Positions 62,180-64,000 of a stretch of 64,000 bases of DNA are shown in pieces (positions within the stretch are counted from its first letter, which is position 1; each line of letters begins with the position of its first letter). Below the pieces are notes generated by a model. The model had not been told where the DNA came from and made no database searches. It saw only the letters and a list, made by a program, of their open reading frames with translations. The translations under genes were made by a program, and so were the position numbers. The DNA is from Mustelus asterias (lineage: Eukaryota): NCBI RefSeq assembly GCF_964213995.1, contig NC_135808.1, forward strand, positions 31,000,001-31,064,000, given 5' to 3'.

Positions 62180-64000
62180 TGAGAATTTATAAAGAGGCCA
62201 TTCAGCCCATCGTGTCTGCACCGGCCAGAAAAGAGGAAGGAAAAGAACTAGCCACTCATTTTAATCCTACTTTCCAACACCAAATCCATAACGTTGCAGT
62301 TTACAACACTTCAGATACAGATCCAAGTGTATTTTAAATGAGTTGAGAGGGTTTCGGCCTCGACTGCAAACATAGGCACTGAATTTCAAATGTGCACCAC
62401 TTTAGAATCATGGAATCACACAGTGTGTAAAAGGCCCTACTGTCCATTGAGTCTGCACTGACACATGTGAAACACCTTACCTCCGAAGCCCATTTACCAG
62501 CACTTGGCCCATTGCCTTGAATGTTATGACATAGAATCATAGAATCATAGAAACCCTACAGTACAGAAAGAGGCCATTCAGCCCATTGAGTCTGCACCGA
62601 CCACAATCCCACCCAGGCCCTACCCCCATATCCCTACATATTTTACCCACTAATCCCTCTGACCTACCCACATGTCAAGTGATCATCCAGGTACTTTTTA
62701 AAGTACATGAGGCAACCCGCCTCTACCCACTCCCAGGCAGCACATCCCAGACTGTCACCACTCTCAGTGTAAAAATGTTTTTTCTCACATCCTTCCTAAA
62801 GCTCCTGCCCCTCACCTTGAACTTGTGTCCCCTCATGACTGACCCTTCAACTAAGGGATACAGCTACTCCTTATCCATTCATTTTCTGCTTTTACTGCAA
62901 TTATATAGGGCTTTGGTGAGGTGACACCTGGAGTTTTGTGTGCAGTTTTGGTGTCCTTATCTGAGGAAGGATGTCCTTACTGTAGAGGGAGTGCAGAGAA
63001 GGTTTACCAGGCTGTTACCAATGGTAGGGAGTCCAGAACTAGGTGTTGTAGTTTGAGAATGAGAAGTAAACATTTTAAAACTGAGGTGAGGAGAAGTTTC
63101 TTCATCCAGAGGGTGATGAATCTCTGGAAATCACTATCACAGAAAGTAGTTGAGGCCAAAACTTCACCTGACTTCAAGAAGAAATTAGATATAGTTCTAG
63201 AAGACAAAGGGATCAAGGGATATGGTGGGAAGGGAGGATCAGGATATTGAATTTGTTGATCAGGATGAATGGTGGAGCAGGCTCGAAGGGCTGAAAGCCC
63301 TTCTCCTCCTTCTAGTTTTTATGTTTCTGTATTTCTCCTCTGTCCATGCCGCTCATAATCTTGTACACTTCAATCAGGTCAGCCCTCAGTATTCTCTGTT
63401 CCAATGAAAACAATGCAATCCTATCTAACTTCTCTTCATAACTTAAATGTTTCATCCCAAGCAGCATCTCCTCTTCACACCCTCCAAATGCAATCACATC
63501 GTTCTGATAATGTGTCGACCAGAAATGCACACAGCACACTTGCTGTGGCCTCAGCAAAGTCCTATACAACTCCAGCATGACCTCCCTGCTTTTATAATCT
63601 GTGCCTTCTGGGTGAAAAAGTTGCTCCACATGGCGATTCTAATCCTTCTACCAATCACCTTAAATCTATGCCCCCAAGTGACCCCTAAACTAGGGGACTA
63701 GTTTTTCCTGCCTCCCCTATAAAAACCCTTCATAACCTCATCCACCTCAATTAGGTCACCCCTTAGCTCCTATGTTCCAATAAAAACTATGCTAGCCCAG
63801 CCAATCTCTCCTCATAGCTGCACTTGTTATGCCACGACAACATTCTTGTATATCTCCCCTGCACTCTCTCCAGAGCAATTACTACTTTGCTGTGTTCTGG
63901 TGACCAGAACTGTTCACAATACTTTAGCTGTGACCTAACAAGTTTTATAAAGTGCTATCATGGCATTCCTGCTTTTGTATTCAATACCTCGCTCCATGAA
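62180..64000. mobile_element. Mosaic of CR1 3' fragments (both strands) and a V-SINE tail
   Basis: ORFs 62921-63250 and 63312-63629; (CATAGAAT)n tails at about 62405 and 62530. Confidence 0.75.

Noticed and set aside
1-64000. Prokaryotic-type systems (CRISPR arrays, retrons, operons) suggested by the RT ORFs
   Set aside because: All RT ORFs belong to eukaryotic CR1 retroelements, the genes have spliceosomal introns, and no repeat-spacer array was seen.

Overview
Repeat-rich vertebrate genomic DNA, most likely a shark or other elasmobranch. This is inferred from the HE1-type V-SINEs, the CR1 subfamilies and the gene types. Two apparently intact host genes lie tail-to-tail, and the ORF track only partly shows them because both are spliced. 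(1) A two-exon GPR139-like orphan class A GPCR on + (24825-24894 and 31275-32173, 322 aa, with a TATA box). (2) A divergent nonclassical MHC class I heavy-chain gene on -, with alpha1 at 49835-49575, alpha2 at 47615-47340, alpha3 at 46542-46276 and a TM exon at 43382-43278. All junctions are canonical phase-1 and the joined frame is open. The leader and cytoplasmic exons were not located, and a candidate kB/CCAAT/GC-box promoter lies near 58.6 kb. The rest is layered mobile DNA: a decayed two-gene PIF/Harbinger transposon with nested CR1s, a Gmr1-like Gypsy remnant, two solo LTRs with 4-bp TSDs, many CR1 fragments and many tRNA-derived SINEs. One CR1 is inserted antisense into its own subfamily, making an inverted repeat of about 1.16 kb. 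Penelope-like elements carry minimal hammerhead ribozymes. All calls are by eye, and repeat boundaries without a TSD are approximate.
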